From a virus, in IMG/VR virus record IMGVR_UViG_3300013308_000012: DNA of 37,762 nucleotides; one strand, written 5' to 3'. The notes under the pieces were generated by a model that was not told the origin of the DNA, did no database searches, and saw nothing but the letters and a program-made list of their open reading frames with translations. The first letter of the stretch is position 1; every line of letters begins with the position of its first letter. Both the position numbers and the translations under genes were made by a program. This document shows, piece by piece, positions 25,751-33,651 of this stretch.

Positions 25751-26522
25751 CCTCCCGCTGGATCAAGCCGGCGGTGTAGTCACGGTCAGAGAATCCAGCG
25801 TGCCGCGATGACGGGAGCTGGTGGACGTTGCTGGTGACCTTGTCCGGAAAGATCCCGGTCCAGCCGTTGGATATCGAGCTGACGAGAACTTGATCCGGGG
25901 TGGCGTGCCCTTCCAGCGCCTTGGCCTGCTGCTCGCAGCTCTTGGCGGTCAGTGGCTTGTGGATTTCCTTGCGGTGCTGGCACCAGTCGGCCCACGCCTT
26001 CTCAGACACGTTTGCCGGTTTGGCCTTCAGCGGATCGAACTTGTGGGACTTCTTCGGTGCGGTAGCGACAGGCTTTTGATCTTGTATGTTCTCTTCTCTT
26101 CTCTTCTCTTCTTTATTCGTTGAGTTTTCGTTCAACGAGATTTCAACGGGCGTTGAACGAGCGTTGGGGGAGGCTTTAGAACGCACCTTTGCGGAGTGCT
26201 TGCGAGCCTCTGCCGAAGCCTTTCCGGCTGCAATTCGCTGTTCTTGTGTCGCACGTACAGCTTCCAAATCACGCTCAATGCGCTCGTGGAACCACTCGTT
26301 ATCACGCTCGTTGAAGAACTCGCTCAACGACCGTTCAACGTCCGTCCAACGCTCGTTGGAAAGCCGCGCGATACGGGCAAGTCGAGAAGTTGGAATCGGC
26401 TTGCCGGTCTGCCAGTAGTTGAAGATCAGCAATAGGTAAGCGCCGTGCTCCTCAGTGTTGAGGTGCATGGTGTCGGCCAGGTAATCGGCGACGTACAACT
26501 GCATGTACGGGAGAGCTGCCAT
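25731..26522 (-). CDS. DUF1376 (YdaU)-type replication initiation protein
   Basis: The N-terminus (MAALPYMQLYVADYLADTMHLNTEEHGAYLLLIFNYWQTG) matches the DUF1376 pattern. It lies upstream of the DnaC-like loader. Confidence 0.75.
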   Translation of the reverse strand: MAALPYMQLYVADYLADTMHLNTEEHGAYLLLIFNYWQTGKPIPTSRLARIARLSNERWTDVERSLSEFFNERDNEWFHERIERDLEAVRATQEQRIAAGKASAEARKHSAKVRSKASPNARSTPVEISLNENSTNKEEKRREENIQDQKPVATAPKKSHKFDPLKAKPANVSEKAWADWCQHRKEIHKPLTAKSCEQQAKALEGHATPDQVLVSSISNGWTGIFPDKVTSNVHQLPSSRHAGFSDRDYTAGLIQREDGSYAF

Positions 26523-26524
26523 GG

Positions 26525-26833
26525 TCAGTCCTCCTCCAGCTGGTCAACGTGCTGGATGTGCTCCATCCAGCGCTTGGCCTGATACAGGATTGCTTCGATG
26601 TCCCGCTCGTTGAAGCAACGCATGTGCGTCGGAACAATCTTCAGGTCCAGCACTGCAAGGATCTGTGCGAACTGCTCGAACTTCTCCGGCTTCATGCGGC
26701 TGATCGTCGCCTCATCGCAACCTACTGCAAACGCAACCGGGGCATTTCCAACGGATGCAAGACGCTGCATGAGGACCGCGTTGTTCTTGCGGGCTCTTAC
26801 GGTCTGCTCTTGGCTTAATGGGCTCGTCGACAT
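26525..26833 (-). CDS. cII: CII-like transcriptional activator
   Basis: The segment ...VGCDEATISRMKPEKFEQFAQILAVLDL... parallels lambda CII ...VGVDKSQISRWKRDWIPKFSMLLAVLEW.... It lies directly after the cro-like gene. Confidence 0.6.
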   Translation of the reverse strand: MSTSPLSQEQTVRARKNNAVLMQRLASVGNAPVAFAVGCDEATISRMKPEKFEQFAQILAVLDLKIVPTHMRCFNERDIEAILYQAKRWMEHIQHVDQLEED

Positions 26834-26835
26834 GA

Positions 26836-27075
26836 TCAGGCCGCCTGTTCACCGGAGTCGTTGAAGCGCTCCGGGTAAAGGATGTGGATCTCGGTGATTT
26901 CACCGTCGAAAACCTTGCTCAGCTTTTCCGCAAGATCTGCGGACGCACGCTGAAGTCCTCGCTCAACGCGAGAAAGGTTGCCGGAGTCGACAGCGTCACC
27001 GATCTGGGCAAGACGGGCCGATACATCGGCGAGCGTCCATTTTTTTGCCAGTCGGGCACGTTTTAAGGGGGTCAT
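26836..27075 (-). CDS. cro: Cro-like XRE-family HTH repressor
   Basis: The ATG at 27075 gives a 79-aa protein (MTPLKRARLAKKWTLADVSARLAQ...). It is divergent from the cI-like gene across the operator region. The longer track ORF (to 27654) is antisense to cI. Confidence 0.75.
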   Translation of the reverse strand: MTPLKRARLAKKWTLADVSARLAQIGDAVDSGNLSRVERGLQRASADLAEKLSKVFDGEITEIHILYPERFNDSGEQAA

Positions 27076-27108
27076 GGCAGTACGCCTTGAGTGGATGACG
27101 AGCCAAGT

Positions 27109-27170
27109 TTGCGCAATGCGCAAATTTAAGGCAAGCGAAATTTGCGCGTCGCGCTTTGCGTGGCACGCAA
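27109..27170. promoter_or_regulatory. Operator cluster in the cI/cro divergent region (TTGCG-N5-CGCAA dyads)
   Basis: TTGCGCAATGCGCAA at 27109-27123 and TTGCGTGGCACGCAA at 27156-27170 are perfect dyads. TTGCGCGTCGCGCTT at 27142-27156 is degenerate. A possible minus-strand promoter, TTGCCT-17-CAAACT, spans 27106-27134. Confidence 0.6.
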
Positions 27171-27190
27171 TACATAAAGAGAATTGGTCC

Positions 27191-27823
27191 ATGGATATAG
27201 GAAAACTCATCAGATCAGCGCGGAAGGCCAAAGGCTGGACGCTCGACGAACTTTCGCACCAGGTCGAAACTGACGCTGGCAACCTTTCACGACTTGAGCG
27301 CGGCAAGCAGTTCGCCAGCAAAGAGCTATTAGGGCGGATCATGACGGTGTTGGGGATAGAGCTATCCCAGGCACAAGACGCGGGAATGTCTAACGTGCAG
27401 ATGGCCCTGCAACCGAGTCGGGCCTCTAAGGAATATCCATTGGTAAGTTGGGTTATCGCTGGGGAGTGGGCAGAGTCTTGCGACAATTTTCCCCCAGGTG
27501 ATGCGGATGTATGGCTGGCGTCGACCGAGAACGCCGGCGAGCACGGGTTCTGGCTGGACGTGCGGGGCGATTCGATGACGTGCAGCGGCAACCCCAGCTT
27601 CCCCGAGGGTTCGCGCATCCTGGTGCAGCCAGAGGCTGACGTGATCAGCGGCAAGTACTATGTTGTAAAGCTGGAGAACGGCGAAAGCACCTTCAAGCAG
27701 TACATAGAGGACGCCGGGATAAAGTACCTGCGCCCGCTCAACCCCAGCTATAAGACGATTCAGATCGTTGGCGAATGCAAGTTCATTGGCCGTGTGATTG
27801 ACACCAAGATGACGGGGCTTTAA
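27191..27823 (+). CDS. cI: CI-type repressor (XRE HTH plus S24 LexA-like autopeptidase domain)
   Basis: The ATG at 27191 gives an HTH (GWTLDELSHQVETDAGNLSRLERGK) and a C-terminal domain with ...VRGDSM... and ...KYYVVKL..., matching the Ser/Lys dyad layout. Confidence 0.85.
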   Translation: MDIGKLIRSARKAKGWTLDELSHQVETDAGNLSRLERGKQFASKELLGRIMTVLGIELSQAQDAGMSNVQMALQPSRASKEYPLVSWVIAGEWAESCDNFPPGDADVWLASTENAGEHGFWLDVRGDSMTCSGNPSFPEGSRILVQPEADVISGKYYVVKLENGESTFKQYIEDAGIKYLRPLNPSYKTIQIVGECKFIGRVIDTKMTGL

Positions 27824-28051
27824 ATGCGGACTCAAACGAACAAAGCGGTTTGGCGCCAGGCGCAGACCTTCGCAATGATGGCGTTCTTTTCAGCGGGCGC
27901 CGTGCTGCTGGGGCTGTGGCTGCTGCGCGCCCAGGTCGACACTGGCTATCGCGGCGCCTATGAGGGTGCGCTGTACGTCGCTTCCTTTTTCGCGATCTTT
28001 GCCGTTCGCCCCATGACCGACCTGTTTTACTCCCGCTTGATCCGCCGCTAA
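27824..28051 (+). CDS. 75-aa two-TM membrane protein translationally coupled to cI
   Basis: Its ATG directly abuts the cI stop (TAAATG). Hydrophobic segments are FAMMAFFSAGAVLLGLWLL and ALYVASFFAIFAV. An intrinsic terminator follows. Confidence 0.65.
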   Translation: MRTQTNKAVWRQAQTFAMMAFFSAGAVLLGLWLLRAQVDTGYRGAYEGALYVASFFAIFAVRPMTDLFYSRLIRR

Positions 28052-28068
28052 CCCAACCCCTCAAACAG

Positions 28069-28093
28069 AGCCCGCCATGTGCGGGCTTTTTTT
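28069..28093 (+). terminator. Intrinsic terminator ending the immunity (cI) transcription unit
   Basis: AGCCCGC-CATGT-GCGGGCT followed by TTTTTTT. Confidence 0.75.
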
Positions 28094-28112
28094 CGTCCGT
28101 CTTTTTGTAAAT

Positions 28113-28173
28113 TTGCGCTTGACGCAATTTATTATTTGCGCATAATGCAAATCAAGTAATGCGCAACACGCAA
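28113..28173 (+). promoter_or_regulatory. Second operator cluster overlapping a strong sigma70-type early promoter
   Basis: Three dyads lie at 23-bp centre spacing: TTGCGCTTGACGCAA at 28113-28127, TTGCGCATAATGCAA at 28136-28150 and ATGCGCAACACGCAA at 28159-28173. TTGACG (28119) is followed after 16 nt by CATAAT (28141). Confidence 0.6.
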
Positions 28174-28402
28174 ATTTGAAACCCGGCGAAAGCCAGCGCT
28201 CTTTAGTTTCACCAAAGGCAGCGATGAACCGGCCTCAACGGTTCAGAGGGTTGGCAACTGACCCGGGTGTGCAGCGTAAAGCACCGAAAACAGTTTTCTG
28301 GCGGACAGGGTCGCGGCTGGAGAGAAGGAAACACCGGAATTTGCATCACCTCTGTCCATTCGTTGAGTGGGCAGACGGATGTAATCACCGCTTGGAGGCA
28401 CC

Positions 28403-28696
28403 ATGGAACACGAAATAGTTGTTGAGGGGTTTGTCCTCCAAGTGGAGGTAACCCATTGCGAGAACATCGCGCCGGCACTGAACAGTTGGAACAGCGATTG
28501 GGACTTTTACGGCAGCCGCGAGCTGGAATTCAAGGTGCTTTCCGGCATCTGCTACGACGAAGACGGCGTGCGGATGGATGCCAGCCGCTTCGAACTGGAA
28601 CCATTCGTTTGGTCGAACAGCCAAGCGATTGAAACGGCGCTGTGGGCAGAGATTGACGCCCTGCAACGCCGGAGGAATGGCCGGTGGGCAGCATGA
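28403..28696 (+). CDS. Hypothetical protein, first clear gene of the plus-strand early operon
   Basis: 97-aa ORF with GGAGG 4 nt upstream of the ATG. Confidence 0.6.
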   Translation: MEHEIVVEGFVLQVEVTHCENIAPALNSWNSDWDFYGSRELEFKVLSGICYDEDGVRMDASRFELEPFVWSNSQAIETALWAEIDALQRRRNGRWAA

Positions 28697-28908
28697 GTAC
28701 CGTCAACCATGATTTAGCCATCGGCATGCTCGACGGCTACATCAAAAGCATGATCGACACGCAATGCAACGCCGTTGCGGTAAGGGCTTCGGCCAATACC
28801 GCCCTCCTGATCTTCCGCACGTTGAGCATCATCAGCGCGACCGAGGAAGCCCACTACACCGAACGCCTGCGCCGCGTCTACGAGCGCCGACAAGGAAGGT
28901 CCGCATGA
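28693..28908 (+). CDS. Hypothetical protein
   Basis: The ATG at 28693 overlaps the upstream stop (ATGA). 71 aa. Confidence 0.5.
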   Translation: MSTVNHDLAIGMLDGYIKSMIDTQCNAVAVRASANTALLIFRTLSIISATEEAHYTERLRRVYERRQGRSA

Positions 28909-29099
28909 CTACCGCACCAGTCAAAACGCTGATCGATGAGCAGCTCGACGAAATTGAATCGAAGCTGATCATGCTGGGCTTCGGCCTGCCGTTCAACGAG
29001 GTGATCGGGCGTCCTCGTGACGCTCTGGTTTCCAGCCTGCCGCAACGTCTGGCGGCAACCATGAAGGGCGGCCGGATTGCGGTGAGGGTTCGGCCATGA
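28905..29099 (+). CDS. Hypothetical protein
   Basis: The ATG at 28905 overlaps the upstream stop (ATGA). 64 aa. Confidence 0.5.
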   Translation: MTTAPVKTLIDEQLDEIESKLIMLGFGLPFNEVIGRPRDALVSSLPQRLAATMKGGRIAVRVRP

Positions 29100-29215
29100 C
29101 CACCCTCCAGCGGTCCCGGCGCCGCGCCATCCGCTGGGCCTCGGCCATTACCGGCCTTCTGTTCCTCACCATCACGCTGTTGGGCCCCGCCATCGGCGGC
29201 CTGATCACTCAATAA
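29096..29215 (+). CDS. 39-aa single-TM peptide (below the ORF-track length cutoff)
   Basis: Reads MTTLQRSRRRAIRWASAITGLLFLTITLLGPAIGGLITQ, with an ATGA overlap onto the upstream stop. Confidence 0.35.
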   Translation: MTTLQRSRRRAIRWASAITGLLFLTITLLGPAIGGLITQ

Positions 29216-29258
29216 AATCATTCACGGCGCCCCGCAAGGATGGCGCGGGAGACTTTTC

Positions 29259-30368
29259 ATGTCCGCAGAAACTCAATTGGCCGTCGTGCCGCCAAAAGAA
29301 ACGGCATTGGCTGTGTTCAGCAAAACCAATGGTCTTAACCCTTGGCTTGAGCAAGTCCGTGCAAAGGTCGATGAATTCCAAAAAGTACTTCCTGATCTGA
29401 AGACCAGAAAGGGCCGCGAGGCTTATGCCTCGATGGCGCACCAGATCGCGAAATCGAAGACAGCGCTTGAGGCGGTCGGTAAAGAGATTTCCGCGAAGCA
29501 GAAGGAAATCCCGAAGCTGATCGATGCCGAGCGCAAACGTGTTTGGGACACGCTGGAGCTTTGGCAGAAGGAAGTCCGCAAACCATTGGATGACTGGGAG
29601 AAGGCCGAAGACGCCCGCGTCGACAAGCACAACGATGCGATCGAACACATCCGGCTGCTTTCCATCGACCTGGACGGCATCACCGCTGAAGACTTGACTG
29701 ACCGCGTTGAAAAGCTTGAAGCGATTGCCTTGGGTGATAGCTGGGAGGAATTCGAAGCGGAGGCAGCTCGGGCCAAGGATAAGACGCTGGGCGTTCTGCG
29801 GGCCGCCCTCACCGCTCGCCAGCAATACGAAGCTGAGCAGGCCGAGCTGGTCCGGTTGCGTGAAGAGAAGGAAGCCCGCGACAAGAAGGACAACGAGGAC
29901 CGCATCGCCCGTGAAGCCGCTGAGCGCGCCACACGGGAAGCCGAGGAAAAAGCGCAGCGTGAGCGTGATGTCGAGGATCAGCGCGTCCGTGACGAACAGG
30001 CAGCCGCCGAGAAACGTGAAAACGACCTGAAGTTGCAGACCGCTGAAGCCGAACGCCGTGCCGAACAGGCAAAGCGTGAGCAACTGGAGGCTGAACAGAA
30101 GGCCGAGCGCGACGGACTGGCAGCCATAGAGCGGCAGAAACAAGCCGTCGAGCAAGCGCGCCTAGACGAGAAAGCCCGAGCCGACGCAGCCGCAGACGAA
30201 ATCCTGCGCCAGCAGAAGGAACGCCAAGCTGATGTCGCGCACAAGTCGAAAATCCTGGGCGAAGCCAAGCAGGCTTTGATCGGCATGAACATCAGTGAAG
30301 AGCTGGCAAAAGCCATCGTCCTGAAGATCGCCCGCGGCGAAGTCCCGAACATCACCATCCAATTCTGA
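29259..30368 (+). CDS. Coiled-coil protein upstream of the ERF/exonuclease recombination pair
   Basis: 369 aa, highly charged with a Glu/Lys/Arg/Ala-rich helical C-terminal half. GGGAGA lies upstream of the ATG. Confidence 0.65.
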   Translation: MSAETQLAVVPPKETALAVFSKTNGLNPWLEQVRAKVDEFQKVLPDLKTRKGREAYASMAHQIAKSKTALEAVGKEISAKQKEIPKLIDAERKRVWDTLELWQKEVRKPLDDWEKAEDARVDKHNDAIEHIRLLSIDLDGITAEDLTDRVEKLEAIALGDSWEEFEAEAARAKDKTLGVLRAALTARQQYEAEQAELVRLREEKEARDKKDNEDRIAREAAERATREAEEKAQRERDVEDQRVRDEQAAAEKRENDLKLQTAEAERRAEQAKREQLEAEQKAERDGLAAIERQKQAVEQARLDEKARADAAADEILRQQKERQADVAHKSKILGEAKQALIGMNISEELAKAIVLKIARGEVPNITIQF

Positions 30369-30378
30369 GGCCGTCAGC

Positions 30379-31137
30379 ATGCCCACTGAAATCATCATGC
30401 CGGAGCAGCGCCGCCAGGTAGTGGCGCCGATCACGCCGGACACCAGCATCATGGCCGTCATCAGCCGGGCCGCCGCCGATCCGACCTGCGATATCGAAAA
30501 GATGGAACGGCTCTTGGCGATGCATGAGCGCATGCAGGCCAAGACAGCAGAAGCGGCATTCAACGCCGCCATGGCCGAAATGCAGTGCGAGATTCCAACC
30601 GTGGGTCAGGGTGCGCTGAACACGCACACCGAAAAGACCTACGCCACGCTCGACGATATCAACGTAACGCTCAAGCCGATCATGCAGGCCCATGGGTTCG
30701 CCATCAGCTTCAAGGTGGAGCACGCCGGGGCGGGCGTGAGCGTGACCGGCATCCTCATGCATCGAGACGGGCACCGCGAGCAAACAACGATGTTACTGCC
30801 GGTCGATATCGGCAAGGGTCGCAATGCTGTTCAGGCTGTCGGGTCATCGACCACCTACGGCAAGCGCTACGTGATGTGTGCGCTGCTGAACATCACGACC
30901 GGCGAAATGCAGGACGACGACGGACGCGCCGCCGGCGACCCGGCCGGCGATGACCTCCGCGAGCAGGTTGTCACCGACATTCTTGAGCGAGTCGCCGAAA
31001 CGACCACTGCCGAAGAGCTGAAAGCGGTATGGCAAGCAGGTCTGAAGGTCTTGCAGGCCGCAGGCGACAAGGTCGGATATGAGGTGGTGAAGGCCGCTGT
31101 GCTTGAACGCCAAAATAAACTGGAGGCCCCACAATGA
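30379..31137 (+). CDS. erf: ERF-family single-strand annealing protein
   Basis: It shows the ERF pattern ...YATLDDINVTLKPIMQAHGF...GSSTTYGKRYVMCALLNITTGEMQDDDG. Confidence 0.8.
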   Translation: MPTEIIMPEQRRQVVAPITPDTSIMAVISRAAADPTCDIEKMERLLAMHERMQAKTAEAAFNAAMAEMQCEIPTVGQGALNTHTEKTYATLDDINVTLKPIMQAHGFAISFKVEHAGAGVSVTGILMHRDGHREQTTMLLPVDIGKGRNAVQAVGSSTTYGKRYVMCALLNITTGEMQDDDGRAAGDPAGDDLREQVVTDILERVAETTTAEELKAVWQAGLKVLQAAGDKVGYEVVKAAVLERQNKLEAPQ

Positions 31138-31901
31138 TTATCGTCAATTGCAAGCAGGGTTCACCTGAATGGCTGCAAGGCCGCGCCGGCGTCATAACCG
31201 CCAGCATGTTCAGCACGGCTCGCTCCAAGGTCAACGGCCTCACTGCTCAGCAGCGCACCTATGTGGATGCAATGCTCGCCGGCCACAGCGAGGCGCGCGC
31301 ACGGGACTTGGCGGGTTACAAGGCAGCCCCAAGGGCTGAGGTCGTACAGCGCGCCCTAGACGGTGAGACGGTGGGTGAGCCTTCTGGCGCCGCCCTTTCC
31401 TACGCGTTTGAGCTGGCAGTCGAGCGCATTGGTGGCGCGCCGCTGGATGGCGGGTTCGAGACGTGGCAGATGCGCCGAGGGCATGAGCTTGAGCCTGATG
31501 CACGCATGGAACACGAAATTCAGACCGGCCTGATCGTGACCCAGGTTGGCCTAGTAAAAACGGACGATGGTGTTTTCGGCGCCAGTGCTGACGGCTTCAT
31601 CGGTGAGGACGGGGGCAGTGAATACAAGTGCTTCCTGGCCCCGGACAAGCTCCGCGCTTTCCACATCGACAACGATGCCAGCGATGTCATCGACCAGGTG
31701 CAGGGCTGCATGTGGATCACCGACCGCAAATGGTGGCACATCGGGATGTACTGCCCTCTTCTCAAGCCGGTAGGTCGCCAGCTCTGGCTGCAAGAATTCA
31801 AGCGCGATGACGACTACATCGAAAAGCTTGAGGAAGACCTCTGGCAATTCAAGCTGCTGGTCGATGGATATGAGGCTAAGTTGCGGAGCAAGGCAGCATG
31901 A
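31134..31901 (+). CDS. YqaJ-type (lambda Exo-like) recombination exonuclease
   Basis: The N-terminus (QGSPEWLQGRAGVITASMF) is characteristic of YqaJ. An ATGA overlap couples it to erf. Confidence 0.8.
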   Translation: MIIVNCKQGSPEWLQGRAGVITASMFSTARSKVNGLTAQQRTYVDAMLAGHSEARARDLAGYKAAPRAEVVQRALDGETVGEPSGAALSYAFELAVERIGGAPLDGGFETWQMRRGHELEPDARMEHEIQTGLIVTQVGLVKTDDGVFGASADGFIGEDGGSEYKCFLAPDKLRAFHIDNDASDVIDQVQGCMWITDRKWWHIGMYCPLLKPVGRQLWLQEFKRDDDYIEKLEEDLWQFKLLVDGYEAKLRSKAA

Positions 31902-32140
31902 TCAGCAACCACTCAACTATCGTTGATTCCCACCGCCCAGCCTCTGACGCCATCGCCGACAAAATTGCCCAGTTCCTGGCCGCCGGCGGGACGATCATCC
32001 AAGGCGAAAGCCCGGCGATCAACCCGCCGCCCCCGATCCGCTCCAACAGGATCGACCCCGACACCATCCTCAAGCGCCGAAAGCCGTCTATCACGGCGGC
32101 TGAGCGCAAGGCACTGCGGAAACTCGCGGAGGCTCTATGA
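31898..32140 (+). CDS. Hypothetical protein
   Basis: 80-aa ORF with ATGA overlaps at both ends. Confidence 0.5.
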   Translation: MISNHSTIVDSHRPASDAIADKIAQFLAAGGTIIQGESPAINPPPPIRSNRIDPDTILKRRKPSITAAERKALRKLAEAL

Positions 32141-32601
32141 GCAAAGTACGCAAGCCCCACAACATGCGAGCACGCATAGAGCGGTCTTGCCGCTCTCTGC
32201 TGTCCACCAACCACGTCGCGGTAGTGAACATCGACCCCAGTGGCCGCCAAGGGATGATCAATTGGGCGAACTGTAAAAGCATCCCGCCCGGCCAGCGCCT
32301 CGCTGATGCGGTGTGCGACATCCCCCACCGCTGGACTATCTACCTCAGCGTCATGTGCGATGCAGGCGCCGGCGGCCAGTACTGCAAGTCAGTGGAGATT
32401 GCGCCACAGGGAAACTACCTGGCCGAGCATCTGACCGACGCCATCGAGCTGACTTACAAGGACCTGATTGCCGAGTGCAATCCGAACCACGTAGTCGCCT
32501 CTGGCTGGATCGCCATTCCCGCCGACGTTTCCTTGACCGAACAGCAGGCCGCCCGGGTGTTCAACGCCGTGGGAGCCTGGAATCAACAGAGGGCGGCATG
32601 A
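32137..32601 (+). CDS. Hypothetical protein
   Basis: 154-aa ORF, translationally coupled to its neighbours. Confidence 0.55.
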   Translation: MSKVRKPHNMRARIERSCRSLLSTNHVAVVNIDPSGRQGMINWANCKSIPPGQRLADAVCDIPHRWTIYLSVMCDAGAGGQYCKSVEIAPQGNYLAEHLTDAIELTYKDLIAECNPNHVVASGWIAIPADVSLTEQQAARVFNAVGAWNQQRAA

Positions 32602-32912
32602 TGGCAGCCCAACCAAAAGACCGATCGGCAAAGACTGCGGCGAGGCGAAAGGCTCGCGGCGAGGAAGAAATCAGGCTGCATTGCATGGCTGGCACCCGTC
32701 AGGCCCTGGCTGAATTGATGGCCTGGAGCGGCATCGAGGAACAGGGCGAGGCCATCACCCTGATGATTCACCATCTACATGCGCTTGGGCCTCAGAACTC
32801 CGCGCCTCTGCTGGAACCTCCGCGACACGAAATCACGATCAGCGAAAACGTGTCGGCAAAATTGCAGCTCACCTACAAGCGCGAAGAGTTGCGCATCTGT
32901 CACGACGAATAA
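32598..32912 (+). CDS. Hypothetical protein
   Basis: The ATG at 32598 overlaps the upstream stop. 104 aa. The track ORF starts further upstream at 32313. Confidence 0.5.
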   Translation: MMAAQPKDRSAKTAARRKARGEEEIRLHCMAGTRQALAELMAWSGIEEQGEAITLMIHHLHALGPQNSAPLLEPPRHEITISENVSAKLQLTYKREELRICHDE

Positions 32913-32979
32913 TCCCCAAACAACTTGCGATGCCTGAGGCGCCTGATGGCGTCTTATTTTCGCCCAGAGGAAAGCGCCC

Positions 32980-33588
32980 ATGAATCTGATCACCCCTTAC
33001 GACACCGAAACCACCGGCCTACCGCTTTTCAAAGAGCCGAGCGACGACCCGCGCCAGCCGCACCTGGTGGATATCTGCATCCTGGCCTACAGCCCGGACG
33101 GCACCCTAGTCGATTCCTTCGAAGCAATGATCCGCCCTGATGGCTGGGTGATCCCCGCCGACGTGACCGCGATCCACGGCATCACCAACGAAATGGCCAT
33201 GGACTTGGGCATCCCTGAATCGGAAGCGCTGGACGGCTTCATGGCCATTCACGAACGCGCCGGCCTTCGGGTTGCGCACAACATCAATTTCGACGACCGC
33301 ATCATGCGCATTGCGCTGTCTCGATACCGAGGTAAAGAAGCCGCCGAGGCATTCAAGGCCACTGCCGGTTACTGCACCTGCCTGAACAGCAAGAACCTGG
33401 TGCAGTGCCCGCCAACCGCCAAGATGATCGCCGCCGGCATGGGCAACCAGTTCAAGGTGCCGACCGTTGCCGAAGCATTGATGCACTTCACCGGCGAAGC
33501 CCTTGTCGGTGGACACCGTGCCCGGCCCGACACTGAAGCCTGTGCCCGCGTCTATTGGGCAATGAACCCGCCCGCTCAGGTGGCTTGA
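32980..33588 (+). CDS. DnaQ-like DEDDh 3'-5' exonuclease
   Basis: Exo I (YDTETTGL), Exo II (AHNINFDDRI) and Exo III (GGHRARPDTEA) motifs are present. Confidence 0.8.
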   Translation: MNLITPYDTETTGLPLFKEPSDDPRQPHLVDICILAYSPDGTLVDSFEAMIRPDGWVIPADVTAIHGITNEMAMDLGIPESEALDGFMAIHERAGLRVAHNINFDDRIMRIALSRYRGKEAAEAFKATAGYCTCLNSKNLVQCPPTAKMIAAGMGNQFKVPTVAEALMHFTGEALVGGHRARPDTEACARVYWAMNPPAQVA

Positions 33589-33651
33589 GCGCCGTAACTC
33601 CCTCCCCCTTCAAAGTCAGCCGCTATAGCGGCAAAGGACAGGTATTGCCCA

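Noticed and set aside
26089-26118. The (CTCTT)n tract taken alone as a CRISPR-like or satellite repeat
   Set aside because: It is a single short microsatellite inside a coding region, with no spacer structure. I treat it only as part of the candidate origin.
26836-27654. 272-aa minus-strand ORF extending the cro-like gene upstream
   Set aside because: The N-terminal 190 aa are antisense to the clearly recognisable cI-type repressor and look compositionally unlike protein. The HTH protein starts at the internal ATG at 27075.
29205-30155. 316-aa minus-strand ORF rich in Leu/Phe that looks like a multi-pass membrane protein
   Set aside because: It is the exact antisense of the Glu/Lys/Ala-rich coiled-coil gene 29259..30368, and GAA/AAG/GCC codons read backwards give Leu/Phe-rich artefacts. 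It has no SD and no coupling to its neighbours.
32926-32955. A hairpin (GAGGCGCC-TGAT-GGCGTCTT plus ATTTT) as an internal terminator of the early operon
   Set aside because: The stem needs two G-U pairs and the U-tract is short. It lies just ahead of a gene with a good SD, so at most it is a weak attenuator. The evidence is too thin to call.
33619-33632. A perfect 14-bp palindrome, GCCGCTATAGCGGC, in the gap before 33652
   Set aside because: It occurs once, has no U-tract on either strand and has no related copies elsewhere in the window. No function can be supported.
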